Source: Malacoraja senta (lineage: Eukaryota). Taken from it: 52,246 nucleotides of DNA. The notes beneath the pieces were generated by a model that was not told the origin of the DNA, did not search any database, and worked only from the letters and a program-made list of their open reading frames with translations. Of the stretch, positions 9,540 to 20,599 are shown one piece after another (positions within the stretch are counted from its first letter, which is position 1; the number at the start of each line of letters is the position of its first letter). Where the stretch lies: the NCBI GenBank assembly GCA_038087875.1, contig JAXLNO010000523.1, positions 1-52,246 of the forward strand. Direction: 5' to 3'. Position numbers and translations under genes: made by a program.

Positions 9540-11445
9540 ACACATCATCATTGATGCAACCTGGGGTCATTTGGTGTTTCGGGTCTTTCAACATCAGACA
9601 CCCTCACCCAAGTGACCCAGCCGTCGTTGATCAGACCACGACTTATGTTCAGGTGGCATTCGCTCCTCCCCATGGTCCTCCTCTCCTGATCCAGAGCCAT
9701 CTCGAGGCTTTCTCCGCTGCCTCTGTTGTGTTCTTGCTTGCTCTTCTCCTCACCACTCCGTTGATGCCCAGTGCACTCAAGGCTTTGTAGAGCGATTGCC
9801 CCGCAAAACCTCTGCAGCCAACCTCGATGGGCATACACCTTGCCTTCCAGCCCTGCTTACGGCAGTCTAAGACCAGCTCTTCATACTTGGTCTTCTTCCT
9901 CTCGTGGGCCTCCTCCAGACGGTCCTCCCACGGCACTGTCAGTTCCAACAAGACAATGTTTTTGGTCGCCTCTGAGACCAGGAGGTTGTCTGACCTCAGG
10001 GTGGTCGTGGCAATGTGCTGTGGGAACTTCAGCTGTTTCACCAGGTCTACGGAAAGCTGCCAGTCCTGCGCAGTCGCCAGGATTCCTGACGGATTCCTGG
10101 CTGCTGCGGTTCTTGTCAGCTGCACTCCAGCCTTCACGAAGGTGATCATCTGGGTGGTGGGCTGTGTTCATCTGCAGCTGCTGATTCCCATGCTGATGGC
10201 TTCTGCAATGGGTTTAAGATTGCAAAAGCCATCAGGAAGATTGCAAATCTGAGGAAGGACATTATAGCCATAGAGGGAGTGCAGAGAAGGTTCACCAGAT
10301 TGATTCCTGGGATGTCAGGACTTTCATATGAAGAAAGACTGGATAGACTTGGCTTATACTCGCTAGAATTTAGGAGATTGAGAGGGGATCTTATAGAAAC
10401 GTACAAAATTCTTATGGGGTTGGACAGGCTTGATGCAGGAAGATTGTTCCCGATGTTGGGGAAGTCCAGGACAAGGGGTCACAGCTTAAGGATAAGGGGG
10501 AAATCCTTTAAGACCGAGATGAGGAAAAACTTTTTCACACAGAGAGTGGTGAATCTCTGGAACTCTCTGCCACAGAGGGTAGTTGAGGCCAGTTCATTGG
10601 CTATATTTAAGAGGGAGTTAGATGTGGCCCTTGTGGCTAAAGGGGATCAGGGGGTATGGAGAGAAGGCAGGTACGGGATACTGAGTTGGATGATCAGCCA
10701 TGATCATATTGAATGGCGGTGCAGGCTCGAAGGGCCGAATGGCCTACTCCTGCACCTATTTTCTATGTATCTATGTATCTATGTAAGAACCTGGTCGTGG
10801 CGCCAGGTGTACTGGCCCTGCCCAAGAGCCTTTGGGCAGCAGCTCAGGATGTGTTCCAACGTCCCCTTGCCTGAGCATTGCGGGCAATCCGGAGATTCCG
10901 TTTTGCCCCAGCTGAAGAGGTTCGATAGGCTGGGCAGGGCATCATACACTGCCTGGACCAGGAACTTGATACGCTGTGGTTCAGCCTGCCAGAGCTCAGT
11001 CCATGTGACTTTTCGGTCCATGGCCTGCTCCCACCTTGTCCAGGCTCCCTGCTGCCTCAATCCAACCGCTCTGGTAGACCTCTCCTCCTCCACCGCTGCC
11101 CTTACTTCCTCCTGGACCAGCCTGCGCCTCTCCTTCGCCTTGGCCTTGTCAAACTGGGCAGATGGGAAGATTCCCAGACCAGCTCTTCCCCGAGTCACTG
11201 CTCCCACCTGGACTCTGTGGCGTATCCGAGACTCCGCTTCCTCCCAGTTTTCACCTCCACCCCTGCCTCAGCCACCTTGGGGTCGCTGGAGTCCCTGTAC
11301 AGCATCACCTCCCTGGCCCGAGTCACCTTAAACTCCTCCTCCAGGGACATCAGGGGCAGCTGGAGCTGGGCGTTGTTTCCGTAAAGGGCGATGCTGCTAA
11401 GGCTGCCAGCGGTGGTGGTGGTGGGGGCAGATGCAATGGTGGCAT
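9540..11445 (-). mobile_element. HERO-like (restriction-like endonuclease) non-LTR retrotransposon 3' part, split by CR1
   Basis: Zn knuckle CPQC...EHILSCC and RHDQVL. Endonuclease LRSD...ELTVPWE...K..KY and IEVGCRGF. Frameshifted. Confidence 0.85.
10245..10783 (+). mobile_element. Young CR1/HER1 3' fragment nested in the HERO-like element
   Basis: [29 protein letters not shown]..., (TATCTATG)n tail. Host RHDQVL|KPIAEA rejoins across it. Confidence 0.92.
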
Positions 11446-11508
11446 TCAAGAGGGTTTTTAGATAGGCAGGAAAGGCTGGAGTAACTCAGCGGGACAGACA
11501 GGAAATAC

Positions 11509-11670
11509 AAGCCTTCGAGCGGATTCCCGGTCCCACTGACCGACAAGTGTTTGGGTGTGTTCCCAATCCCACTGACGGATGAGCCTTCGAGCGGATTCCC
11601 GGTCCCACCGACCGACAAGCCTTCGAGCGGATTCCCGGTCTCACCGACCGATGAGCCTTCGAGCGAGTAC
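11509..11670 (+). repeat. 36-bp minisatellite, ~4.5 units
   Basis: Units start at 11509, 11545, 11581, 11617 and 11653. Consensus RAGCCTTCGAGCGGATTCCCGGTCCCACCGACCGAY. Confidence 0.9.
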
Positions 11671-11754
11671 CCAGCCTCCCTGGAGACGGTGGTGGGTGAG
11701 CCAGACCTGCTTGTCGGGAGCGCACCGGCCCCCGGCTTGCTGGCACCGACGTAG

Positions 11755-12930
11755 AGACATGAAGCTTCAACATTGCTCGGAGTCAATATCACCAACAACT
11801 TCTCATGGACCACCCATGTTGAAGTAACGACCAAGAAAGCACGCCAACGCCTCTGGGGGAGTTCGGCATGTCCCCTACACCTCCCGACAACTTCTACACT
11901 TGCTCCGCGGAAAGCAATTCGTGGGATCCATCACAGCACGGTTTGGGAACAGCTCCACCCAAGAAATTGCAGAGAATTGTGAACGCAGACCGGACCATCA
12001 CACTAAGAACAGCGTAGGTTCACGAGAATGATCCCTGGGATGGCGGGACTGTCATATGAGGAAAGATTGAAAAGACTAGGCATGTACTCACTGGAGTTTA
12101 GAAGGATGAGGGGGGGATCTTATAGAAACATATAAAATTATAAAAGGACTGGACAAGCTAGATGCAGGAAAAATATTCCCAATGTTGGGCAAGTCCAGAA
12201 CCAGGGGCCACAGTCTTAGAATAAAGGGGAGGTCATTTAAGACTGTGGTGAGAAAAACCTTTTTCACCCAGAGAGTTGTGAATTTGTGGAATTCCCTGCC
12301 ACAGAGGGCAGTGGAGGCCAAATCACTGGATGGATTTAAGAGAGAGTTAGATAGAGCTCTAGGGGGCTAGTGGAATCAAGGGATATGGGGAGAAGGCAGG
12401 CACGGGTTATTGATTGGAGACGATCAGCCATGATCACAATGAATGGCGGGGCTGGCTCGAAGGGCCGAATGGCTTCCTCCTGCACCTATTTTCTATGTTT
12501 CTATGTTTCTAAACCAAATGCCCCTCCATCTACACCTCACGCTGCCTCGGCAAGGCCAGCAGCATAATCAAGGACCAGTCTCACCCCGGCCACTCCCTCT
12601 TCTCCCCTCTCCCATCGGGCAAGAGGTACAGAAGTGTGAAAACGCACACCTCCAGAATCAGGGACAGTTTCTTCCCAGCTGTTATCAGGCAACTGAACGA
12701 TCCTACCACATCCAGAGAGCGGTCCTGAATTACTATCTACCTCATTGGTGACCCTCGGACTATCCTTGATCGGACTTTGCTGGCTTTACCTTGCACTAAA
12801 CGTTATTCCTTTATCATGTACAGTAAATGGCTCGATTGTAATCCTGTATTGTCTTTCCGCTGACTGGTTAGCATGCAACAAAAAGCTTTTCACTGTAGCT
12901 CGGCACACGTGACAATAAACTGAACTGAAC
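11755..12930 (+). mobile_element. Degenerate Rex1/Babar 3' fragment split by CR1
   Basis: LGVNITNNFSWTTHVEVTTKKARQRL, then IIKDQSHPGHSLFSPLPSGKRYRS, ending gacaataaa(ctgaa)n. Confidence 0.8.
12008..12510 (+). mobile_element. CR1/HER1 3' fragment (nested)
   Basis: MLGKSRTRGHSLRIKG...RVVNLWNSLP, (TTTCTATG)n tail. Confidence 0.9.
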
Positions 12931-12990
12931 TGTGACACGCACACACCAGGTCATGAGACCATCCCACATTAAGACATAATAGTACAATTA

Positions 12991-13300
12991 TGGGGCTGTC
13001 CCACTGTACGAGCTAATTCAAGAGTTCTCCCGAGTTTGCCCTGATTCGAACTCGTAGGATTACGGTAATAGCCGCTCGTCGGTACTCGGGGCTCTCGTGG
13101 ACATTTTTCAACATGTTGAAAAAAACTTCACGAGTCTTCCCGAGCTTACCGCGTTTCCCGAGTACCTGCCGTTAGCGTTACGAGCCGCTAAGAGACGTCA
13201 CCGAGCTCCGACGTACCCGCTACGTACATTCTACGTACTTACCACGAGTTTTTTAACTCGGGAGAGCTCTTGAATTAGCTCGTACAGTGGGACAGGCCCT
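12991..13300. mobile_element. PIF/Harbinger-like MITE
   Basis: 46-bp TIRs (43/46; terminus AGGGCCTGTCCCACTG) with TTA on both sides (12988-12990 and 13301-13303). Confidence 0.88.
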
Positions 13301-13304
13301 TTAG

Positions 13305-14258
13305 GCCATGGCTGATCTATCTTTCCCTTTCAAGCCCATTCTCCTGCCTTCTCCCCATAACCTCTGACACCCGTACTAATCAACAATCTATCAATGCCCA
13401 AGGACTTACAAGAATGATCCCAAGAATGAGTAGCTTAATCGAAGATGAGCGTTTGTCGGCACTGGGCCTGTACTCGCTGGAGTTTAGAAGAATGAGGGAA
13501 GGCCTCATTGAAACTTACCGAATAGTGAAAGGCCTGGATAGAGTGGGTGTGTAGAGGATGTTTCCACTGGTGGGAGAGTCTAGGACCAGAGGGCACAGCC
13601 TCAGAATTAAAGGGCATTCTTTTAGGAAGGAGATGAGGAGGAATTTCTTTAGTCAGAGGGTGGTGAATCTGTGGAATTCTTTGCCACAGATGGCTTTGGT
13701 GTCCAAGTCAGTGGATATTTTTTAAGGCAGAGATAGATAGATTTGTGATCACATTGAATGGCGGTGCTGGCTCAAAGGGCCAAATGGCCTACTCCTGCAC
13801 CTATTGTCTATTGTCTATTGTGAATAGTACGGGTGTCAGACGATATGTGGAGAAGGCAGGAGAACGGGGTTAGCAGGGAGAGATAGATCAGCCATGATTG
13901 AATGGCGGAGTAGACTTGATGGGCCGAATGGCCTAATTCTACTCTTATCACGGATTTCCCCCTTATTAAGGAAAAGGGGGAAATCCTTTAAGACCAAGAT
14001 GAGGAAAAACTTTTTCACACAGAGAGTGGTGAATCTCTGGAACTCTCTGCCACAGAAGGTAGTTGAGGCCAGTTCATTGGCTATATTTAAGAGGGAGTTA
14101 GATGTGGCCCTTGTGGCTAAAGGGATCAGGGGGTATGGAGAGAAGGCAGGTACGGGATACTGAGTTGGATGATCAGCCATGATCATATTGAATGGCGGTG
14201 CAGGCTCGAAGGGCCGAATGGCCTACTCCTGCACCTATTTTCTATGTATCTATGTATC
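13305..14258 (+). mobile_element. Mosaic of CR1 3' fragments (13305-13395 minus; 13405-13955 and 13958-14258 plus)
   Basis: CR1 C-terminal motifs with several CR1 tails, including (TATTGTC)n and (TATCTATG)n. Confidence 0.85.
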
Positions 14259-14300
14259 ACATGACCTGATGCCATTTTAACACCTGACACTGGTACTAAC

Positions 14301-14439
14301 CGAGGATCTGCCAATCCCGGCCTTCAAAATATCCAAGGACTTGTCCAAAAAATGATGACGAAGGTGACTCAGATCAAATTTTGGCCATTGAACGGCAGAA
14401 GTGTTGAGCTGCTGATGTGAGGTTGTGGCGTGTAGCTGC
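14301..14439 (-). CDS. Candidate internal exon (QLHATTSHQQLNTSAVQWPKFDLSHLRHHFLDKSLDILKAGIGRSS)
   Basis: Unique island with acceptor gatttccag and donor gttagt. One open frame, ending in phase 0, compatible with 2508-2620. Peptide not recognised. Confidence 0.27.
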
Positions 14440-14669
14440 CTGGAAATCGTGGCCGGGACCATAGAGTATTTGGCACTGCACTATACTTAGAGCTGAGCTA
14501 AGTACCTATACGATCGTGTGTGCCTATATATAGACTGGCAGAGCTATTTCTGATCAGGCTGTATTCATTGAGTCAGTGCGTGTTGTACTGTAATGAGTAC
14601 ACAGCACTCAGCAGTGGGTTGGTAGCTTAACTCTCTCGGCACCGAATCAAGAAGGGGAAGGAAGGGGAG

Positions 14670-14800
14670 TTGTGAGATACGGCGCGGAAACGGGCCCTTC
14701 AGCCCACCGAGTCTGCACCGACCAGCGATCCCCTCACACTAACGCACGAGGGACAATTTACATTTACACCGAGCCAATTAAACCTACGAACCTGGAGTGT
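14670..14800 (-). mobile_element. HE1-type SINE 3' fragment
   Basis: gagatacggcgcggaaacgggcccttc...accagcgatcccc. Confidence 0.75.
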
Positions 14801-14875
14801 GCCCAGAGACCAGTACACGGAGATCCAGTCAGCGCCAGAGCTCAGAGAAGCCCTCACTTCAAACTACAACCCCAA

Positions 14876-15860
14876 GGAGGAGCCATCTTGGGGAACGGCT
14901 GCTAATCAGCAGCCGTCTGTTTACTTCACTTTTTTTTGTTTTTTTGTAGTTCTAGTGAGTCCAGTGTCTTGTTTGTGGGAGAAATCGACTTTTTAATGTA
15001 GGGCGAAGGAGGGTAACTAGACTTCTAGGTCCCTACCTGGTCGGTGAGGCAGCTTTTTCTCCGGGCTGCCCCGTCGACCCGTCCTCGTGGCCTACCAGCG
15101 GGCATGGAGCGCCGTTTCCTGGCGGCGAACACCCAGCAGCTCGGCTTTGGTGGCGGCACAGCGCTGGAGCGCTATCGCGGAGCGGAGCGGGCGATGCCTT
15201 GCCTGGGTCGCCGCGCTGGATCGACGCGCTGGAGCTCCGGTGAGCTGTGACCGCCGAGCTCAACACCTCCGGACTGCGGGTCTGTGGAGAGGATCGGGCG
15301 GCGCCGACTTCAACATCGGGAGCCTGGGAGCTCCAAACCGGCGCGGCCTTGTCGTCTTCGGAAGCCGCGGTCTCCGGTAGGGAAGCGGCCGTTCCGGGTG
15401 GCCCAGCCGCTGAGAGGACTCTCCCGACGCCGGGGCAACAGCACCCGGTGAGAACGGCCAGGAACATCGGGCCTCCGTAGAGGCAATAGCGGAGGCCTCA
15501 ATAGGCCTGACTTTGGGGAGAACTGGGGTTGGGGACTGGACATTGTGCCTTCCCCCACAGTGGTAACCATTGTGGGGGGATGATTTTTTGTGTGTAGTGT
15601 CTATGTTAGTCTGTGTCCAAGATGGCAGTCGGAAGGGAGAGTGGACGCTGGCGCGGTTTAGCTGCCGCTGCTCTCTCTTCACATTGTGTTTCTGATTTTT
15701 TTGTTGTGTCTTTGGATCGAATTCTGTCTTTAATTTGTGTATTGGTGATGTCTTTATAACTTATTTTACTCCGATTATATGTTTTTTTACTTGTTAAACT
15801 CTGCAAGGTGTCCTTGAGACTCTTGAAAGGTGCCCATAAATAAAATGTATTATTATTATT
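14876..15860 (+). mobile_element. GC-rich ~1-kb non-autonomous retroposon, 'family A' (second copy)
   Basis: Same 5' start (ggaggagc.atcttggggaacggc) and same L2-like tail (aaggtgtccttgag...aaataaaatg(tat)n) as 3119-4134. Confidence 0.75.
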
Positions 15861-15899
15861 AATATTATTATAATATACAAATCAACCTCTCTGGAGTTG

Positions 15900-16875
15900 A
15901 TAGGAGTGGCGGCACCTAACGGCAGCGGCTCAACTACAGTCGTCCGTCTTTTATTTTTTATTTTTTGTCTTGTTAAATGTATGTCTGGAGCTTAGTTTTT
16001 ATTATTTTTTAGCTGTGTATATCGTGGGGGGTGGAGGGGGGGGGGATGTTGGGAAAACCGTTAGTCTCTTCCCTGTACGGGGACCCGACTTTTTCCCTGT
16101 CGGATCTCCGATGTCGTTGGGCCTAACATTGTGGAGCCGGCGGCTGCCTCCGGCCGGGACCAACCTGAAGGCTCCAGTCGCGGAGCCTGGGGACCTGACA
16201 TCGCGGAGCTGGCCGACTTTGGAGCGGGGAGAGCTGTGGTGGCGCTCGGCTGCGACCCAACTTTGGAGCTTCGGAAGCTCCGGCTGCGGGCCCGGTGGAC
16301 AGGAACATCGGGAGCTCCAGGTCCCCGGTGTGAGACGGCTTTTCAGAGCTCCCACAACGGCAACTTCTCCCGCTGGAATCGCGAGGTTCAAAGGACACGG
16401 ACGGGACTTACCATCGCCCGCCGGGGGCTTTAACACCGGAGCCCCAGTTCGCCTAGACGCTGCAGTTGGACTGCGGGTTGGACTGCTTGAACCGCGGGGT
16501 TTGAAGGACACGGAGCCGGGGCCTGGCATCACCCGGCGTGGCTAAATGGCCACAGGACTTACCATCGTCCGCCGGGGGCTTTAACACCGGAGCCCCAGTT
16601 CACCTAGACGCTGCAGTTGGACAGCTGGACCGCGGGTGAAGAATAAAGGGAAGAGATAAGACTTTGCCTTCCATCACAGTGAGGAGGTGTTGGAGATTCA
16701 CTGTGATGGATGTTTATGTAAACTGTGTTAAGTGTGGGTCTTGGTTTTTTTTTGTAATGTGTTAAAAAAACTGTAGTAATGATATTTCGTTCAAGCCTAG
16801 GCTTGAATGACAATAAACAGCATTCAATTCAATTCAATTCAATTCAATTCAATTCAATTCAATCAATTCAATTCA
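15900..16875 (+). mobile_element. GC-rich ~1-kb non-autonomous retroposon, 'family B', Rex1/Babar-like tail
   Basis: Related to 27385-27925 and 39905-40175. Internal ~68-bp duplication (16404, 16555), 13-bp hairpin at 16670-16710, ends gacaataaa plus (TTCAA)n. Confidence 0.7.
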
Positions 16876-17119
16876 AAACCTCTCCGGCACAAGAACTGAA
16901 AGCGCCATGTGTGTGTCGGAAGCAACTGCAGGTGCTGCAGGTACCGAAGATAGACAAGGGAAGCTGGAGTAACTCAGCGGGGACGGGCAACATCTCTGGA
17001 GAGAAGGAAATGGGTGACGTTTCGGCTCCAGACCCTTCGTCAGACTGTGAGTCGGGGGACGAGGGACACGAGAGATATAGACGGTGATGTAGAGAGATAT
17101 AGAACGAATGAATGAAAGA

Positions 17120-17215
17120 AGGTAGACAAAAATGCTGGAGAAACTCAGCGGGTGCAGCAGCATCTATGGAGCGAAGGAAACAGGCAACGATTCGGACCGA
17201 AACCCTTCTTCAGAG
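17120..17215 (-). mobile_element. Penelope-derived 96-bp mini-insertion
   Basis: TSD gaatgaaaga (17110-17119 and 17216-17225). Begins at CTGAAGA on the minus strand, with the GAAA box mutated. Confidence 0.8.
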
Positions 17216-17326
17216 GAATGAAAGATATGCAAAAAAGTAACGATCATTAAGGAAAGGTGGAGCCAGTTCTTCAATGTGCAGGAAGGAACTGCAGATGCTG
17301 GTTTATATCGAAGATAAACACAAAAT

Positions 17327-17964
17327 GACCTCGATCATCCACACATTTATCTCCTCCCACCTAGATTACTGCAACTCCCTTTACACCGGCATCAGCCAAT
17401 CTTCCCTGTCCCGCCTGCAACTGGTCCAAAACGCCGCAGCGAGACTCCTGACGGGCACCCGAAAAAGGGACCACATCACCCCGATCCTGGCCTCTCTCCA
17501 CTGGCTTCCGTATACATTTCAAGACCCTCCTCCATGTCTACAAAGCCCTCAATGGGCTTGTCCCCCACCTACATTAAAAGTCTGCTCACCCACCACTCCA
17601 CCTCCAGGTCCCTCAGATCGGCCGACTTGGGGTTGCTGAATATCCCGCGGTCTAGGCATAAGCTCAGGGGCGACCGGGCCTTTGCGGTTGCAGCTCCTAG
17701 ACTGTGGAACAGCATCCCCCTTCCCATCAGAACTGCCCCCTCCATCGACTCCTTTAAGTCGAGACTTAAAACTCATCTTTACTCTCGAGCCTTTCTTGAC
17801 GTCCTCTGAGGGAGGGCTATATGTATGTATTTATGTATGTACTTAATCTATGAACCACTGTTGGATAACGTTGGTACCTCCACCAATGTTAAGCACTTTG
17901 GCCAACGAGAGTTGTTTTTTAAATGTGCTATAGAAATAAAAGTGACTTGACTTCACTTGACTTG
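17327..17964 (+). mobile_element. L2 LINE 3' fragment
   Basis: LDYCNSL...LQLVQNAAARLL...HITPILASLHWLP and GDRAFAVAAPRLWNSIP...FKSRLKTHL. (GACTT)n tail, flanked by duplicated aaaatg. Confidence 0.92.
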
Positions 17965-18149
17965 AAAATGCTGGAGTAACTCAGCGGGACAGGCAGTATC
18001 TCTGGAGGGAAGGAATGGTTGGCGTTTCGGGTCGAGACCCTTCTTCAGCCAGTTTAATGCTGGATACAGAGTCTGACAACTATCCTCATTCTTTCTGCTT
18101 GAGATAAGGATAGGCCAGCTCCTCACCACCAGTGTCAGAGCAGAAGGCT

Positions 18150-18785
18150 CAAGTGAATGGATATTTTTAAGGCAGAGATAGATACATTCTTGATTATTAC
18201 GGGTGTCAGGGGTTATGGGGCGAAGTCAGGAGAATGGGTTTAAGGAGAAGGGGAAAAGATTTAATAGGAATCTGAGGGGTAACTTTTTCACACAAAGGGT
18301 GGTGGGTGTATGGAACGAGCTGCCAGAGGAGGTAGTTGAGGCTGGGACTATCCCAACGTTTTGGAAACAGTTGGACAGGTACATGGAGAGGACAGGTTTG
18401 CAGGGATATGGACCAAGCGCAGGCAGGTGGGACTAGTGTAGGTGTGACATGTTGGCCGGTGTGGGCAAGTTGGGCCGAAGGGCCTGTTTACATGCTGTAT
18501 CACTCTATGACTCTAATGGGGCTGAGTGGGGAAGGTAGATCAGCCATGATTGAATGGCGGAGCAGACTTGATGGGCGGAATTTCCTAATACTGCTCCTAT
18601 CATTCATCACTTTCAAGAGAGAGAGTTAGAGTTAGATTTAGCTCTTAGGGCTAGCGGAATCAAGGGATATGGGAAGAAGGCAGGAACGGTGATGATCAGC
18701 CATGATCACATTGAATGGCGGTGCTGGCTCCAAGGGCCGAATGGCCTACCCCTGCACCTATTGTCTACGTTTCTGTGTTTCTATG
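18150..18785 (+). mobile_element. Nested CR1 3' fragments (three subfamilies)
   Basis: NLRGNFFTQRVVGVWNELPEEVVEAG plus two other CR1 tails. Confidence 0.8.
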
Positions 18786-18849
18786 AACTACAAGCTTAAG
18801 CTTTTTATTATGTGCCGCGGAAATTGTCAAACTCTGTGATTTCTTTGTC

Positions 18850-19085
18850 AGGTCTCCGTAGCCCGGTCTGTCTCGATAGTGAGGTGGGACTGGCCAAGCT
18901 GGCCATTCGTGGGTCACGGCGCCAGGCGGACGAGGGCTCTGCCCGAGACGACTACCTGTGCCTTTTCCGGGGTTACATCTGAGTGCCCCTTGAAAAAAAG
19001 CACCAGCTGTCCACGGGCACCATGGAGAGGTTCCGGGACCGCTGGGCAGCCCACGGGATTGACTGTATCCTGGATTGGGATTGAA
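18850..19085 (+). mobile_element. Tx1-like LINE 3' fragment, degenerate
   Basis: Homologous to 39540-39760 (ggccaagctggcc...gtcacggcgccagg). Confidence 0.7.
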
Positions 19086-19094
19086 ACATAGAAG

Positions 19095-19412
19095 TTTCAT
19101 TTCAGTTTGGAGATACAGCGCGGAAACAGGCTCTTCGGCCCACCGAGTCCGCGCCGACCAGCGATGCCTGCATGCTGACTGCCGCTACCCTACACTCACT
19201 GGAGACCATTTTCAATTTTACCAAAGCCAAATAACCGACAAACCTGTACGACTTTGGAGTGTGGGAGGAAACTGGAGATCCCGGAGAAAACCCACGAGGG
19301 TCACGGGGGAGGGGGGGGGGAACGTGCAAACTCCGTACAGACAGCACCCGTAGTCGGGATGGAACCCGGGCGCTGTGAGGCAGCAACTCTACCGCTGCGC
19401 CACCGTGACCGC
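19095..19412 (-). mobile_element. HE1-type SINE, near full length
   Basis: Minus strand begins ggtcacggtggcgcagcggtagagttgctgcc (A box), followed by central domain and tail. Confidence 0.9.
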
Positions 19413-19684
19413 CCGTTGTTGAAGAAGCTAATCGGAAGCACCCTTGATGAGGAAAATAAGAAGTGATGATTTGGAATGAAGAGCAAACATATTAGCAGGA
19501 GGAGGAAAAGGCCACTTGGTGCCTTAAGCTTGCTCCACCACTTAATAACCTCACAGTTGATCGGATGTGTTTATGATTTAATTCTTAGAGATACAGCGTG
19601 GAAACTGGCCCTTCAACCCACCGAGACTGCACTGACCAATCATCACCGATACACTAGTTGTAACCAGCATACTTCTTCTTATCG

Positions 19685-19850
19685 AGAAACTCAGCGGGTG
19701 AGGCAGCATCTATGGAGCGAAGGAATAGGTGACGAAAGCAGGGACTACCTGAAATTGGAGAAGTCAATCTTCATACCTCTGTGGTATAAAGTACCCAAGC
19801 GAAATATGAGGTGCTGCTCCTCCAATTTGCGGTGGGCCTCACTCTGGAGT
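19685..19850 (-). mobile_element. Penelope fragments (terminal module plus endonuclease C-terminus)
   Basis: Matches 26430-26535 (RKLEEQHLIFRLG). Confidence 0.7.
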
Positions 19851-19919
19851 CCTTGGGGTGAGAGAGTAGCCACGGGAAACCCACACTTTCACAGGGAGAA
19901 TGTGCAAACTCCGACCTTT

Positions 19920-20200
19920 AAGGGCGGCACTGTGGCGTAGTGCTTGAGTTGCTGCCTTACGCCGCCAGAGACCCGCGCTTGATGCTGACTGCGGGTGCTC
20001 TCTCTGTGGAGTCTGTACATTCCCCCTGTGATCGTGTGGGTTTTCCCCGGGTGCTCTGGTCTCCTCCAACTCTTCGAAGACGTGCAGGCTAATCGGCTTT
20101 GATCAAAATTGTTCAATTGTTCTGTTTGTCGGATAGTGCAAGTGTACGGAGATCACTGGTTGGCGCGGACATGGTGGGCCGTTGTATTTCTAAACTAAAC
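19920..20200 (+). mobile_element. Degenerate HE1-type SINE
   Basis: tRNA-like head and central domain gggttttccccgggtgctctggt. Confidence 0.75.
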
Positions 20201-20269
20201 TATCTTCTGAAAGGCTCTGCTTCCACAGTGGAGGAGATTTCCAAAGACTCGCTAGCCTCCGACGGAAAT

Positions 20270-20450
20270 ATGTTTTGCTCTGGTATTTTATTTCATTCAC
20301 ATGTCTCAACTGTAAAGTTTTATTATTAATGTTTAAGGTTTTACGTGTCATTCTTAATTGTTACTGAGTGTCGTGTTGTTACTTGCGGGCAGAGCACTAA
20401 GGCAAATTCCTTGTATGTGCACATGCTTGACCAATCAACGTATTCGTTCA
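20270..20450 (+). mobile_element. Rex1/Babar 3' UTR fragment
   Basis: Homologous to 8742-8890. Confidence 0.75.
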
Positions 20451-20599
20451 AGAAACTTATGCTTTCAAGAGAGAGCTAGATAGGGCTCTTAAAGATAGCA
20501 GAGTCAAGGGATATGGGGAGAAGGCAGGAACGGGGTACTGATTGGGGATGATCAGCCATGATCACAATGAATGGCGGTGCTGGCTCGAGAGGCCGAATG

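Larger units (their letters stand above)
16905..18050 (-). mobile_element. Non-autonomous Penelope-derived elements hosting a mini-insertion and an L2
   Basis: Repeated gctggagtaactcagcggg...gtttcggg...acccttc.tcag modules at ~16960-17047 and ~17965-18050. Confidence 0.75.

Noticed and set aside
9561..9620. Hammerhead ribozyme in the HERO-like 3' UTR (CUGAUG...GAAAC on the minus strand)
   Set aside because: The box reads CUGAUGU rather than CUGANGA, and there is no stem II or NUH/stem III arrangement.
10279..11331. 350-aa ORF, and similar 234-312-aa ORFs at 30579, 39050 and 41014
   Set aside because: Chance read-through chimeras across adjacent transposon fragments or antisense strands.
11509..11670. 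CRISPR-like array
   Set aside because: Contiguous 36-bp units with no unique spacers, no cas genes, and a eukaryotic context.
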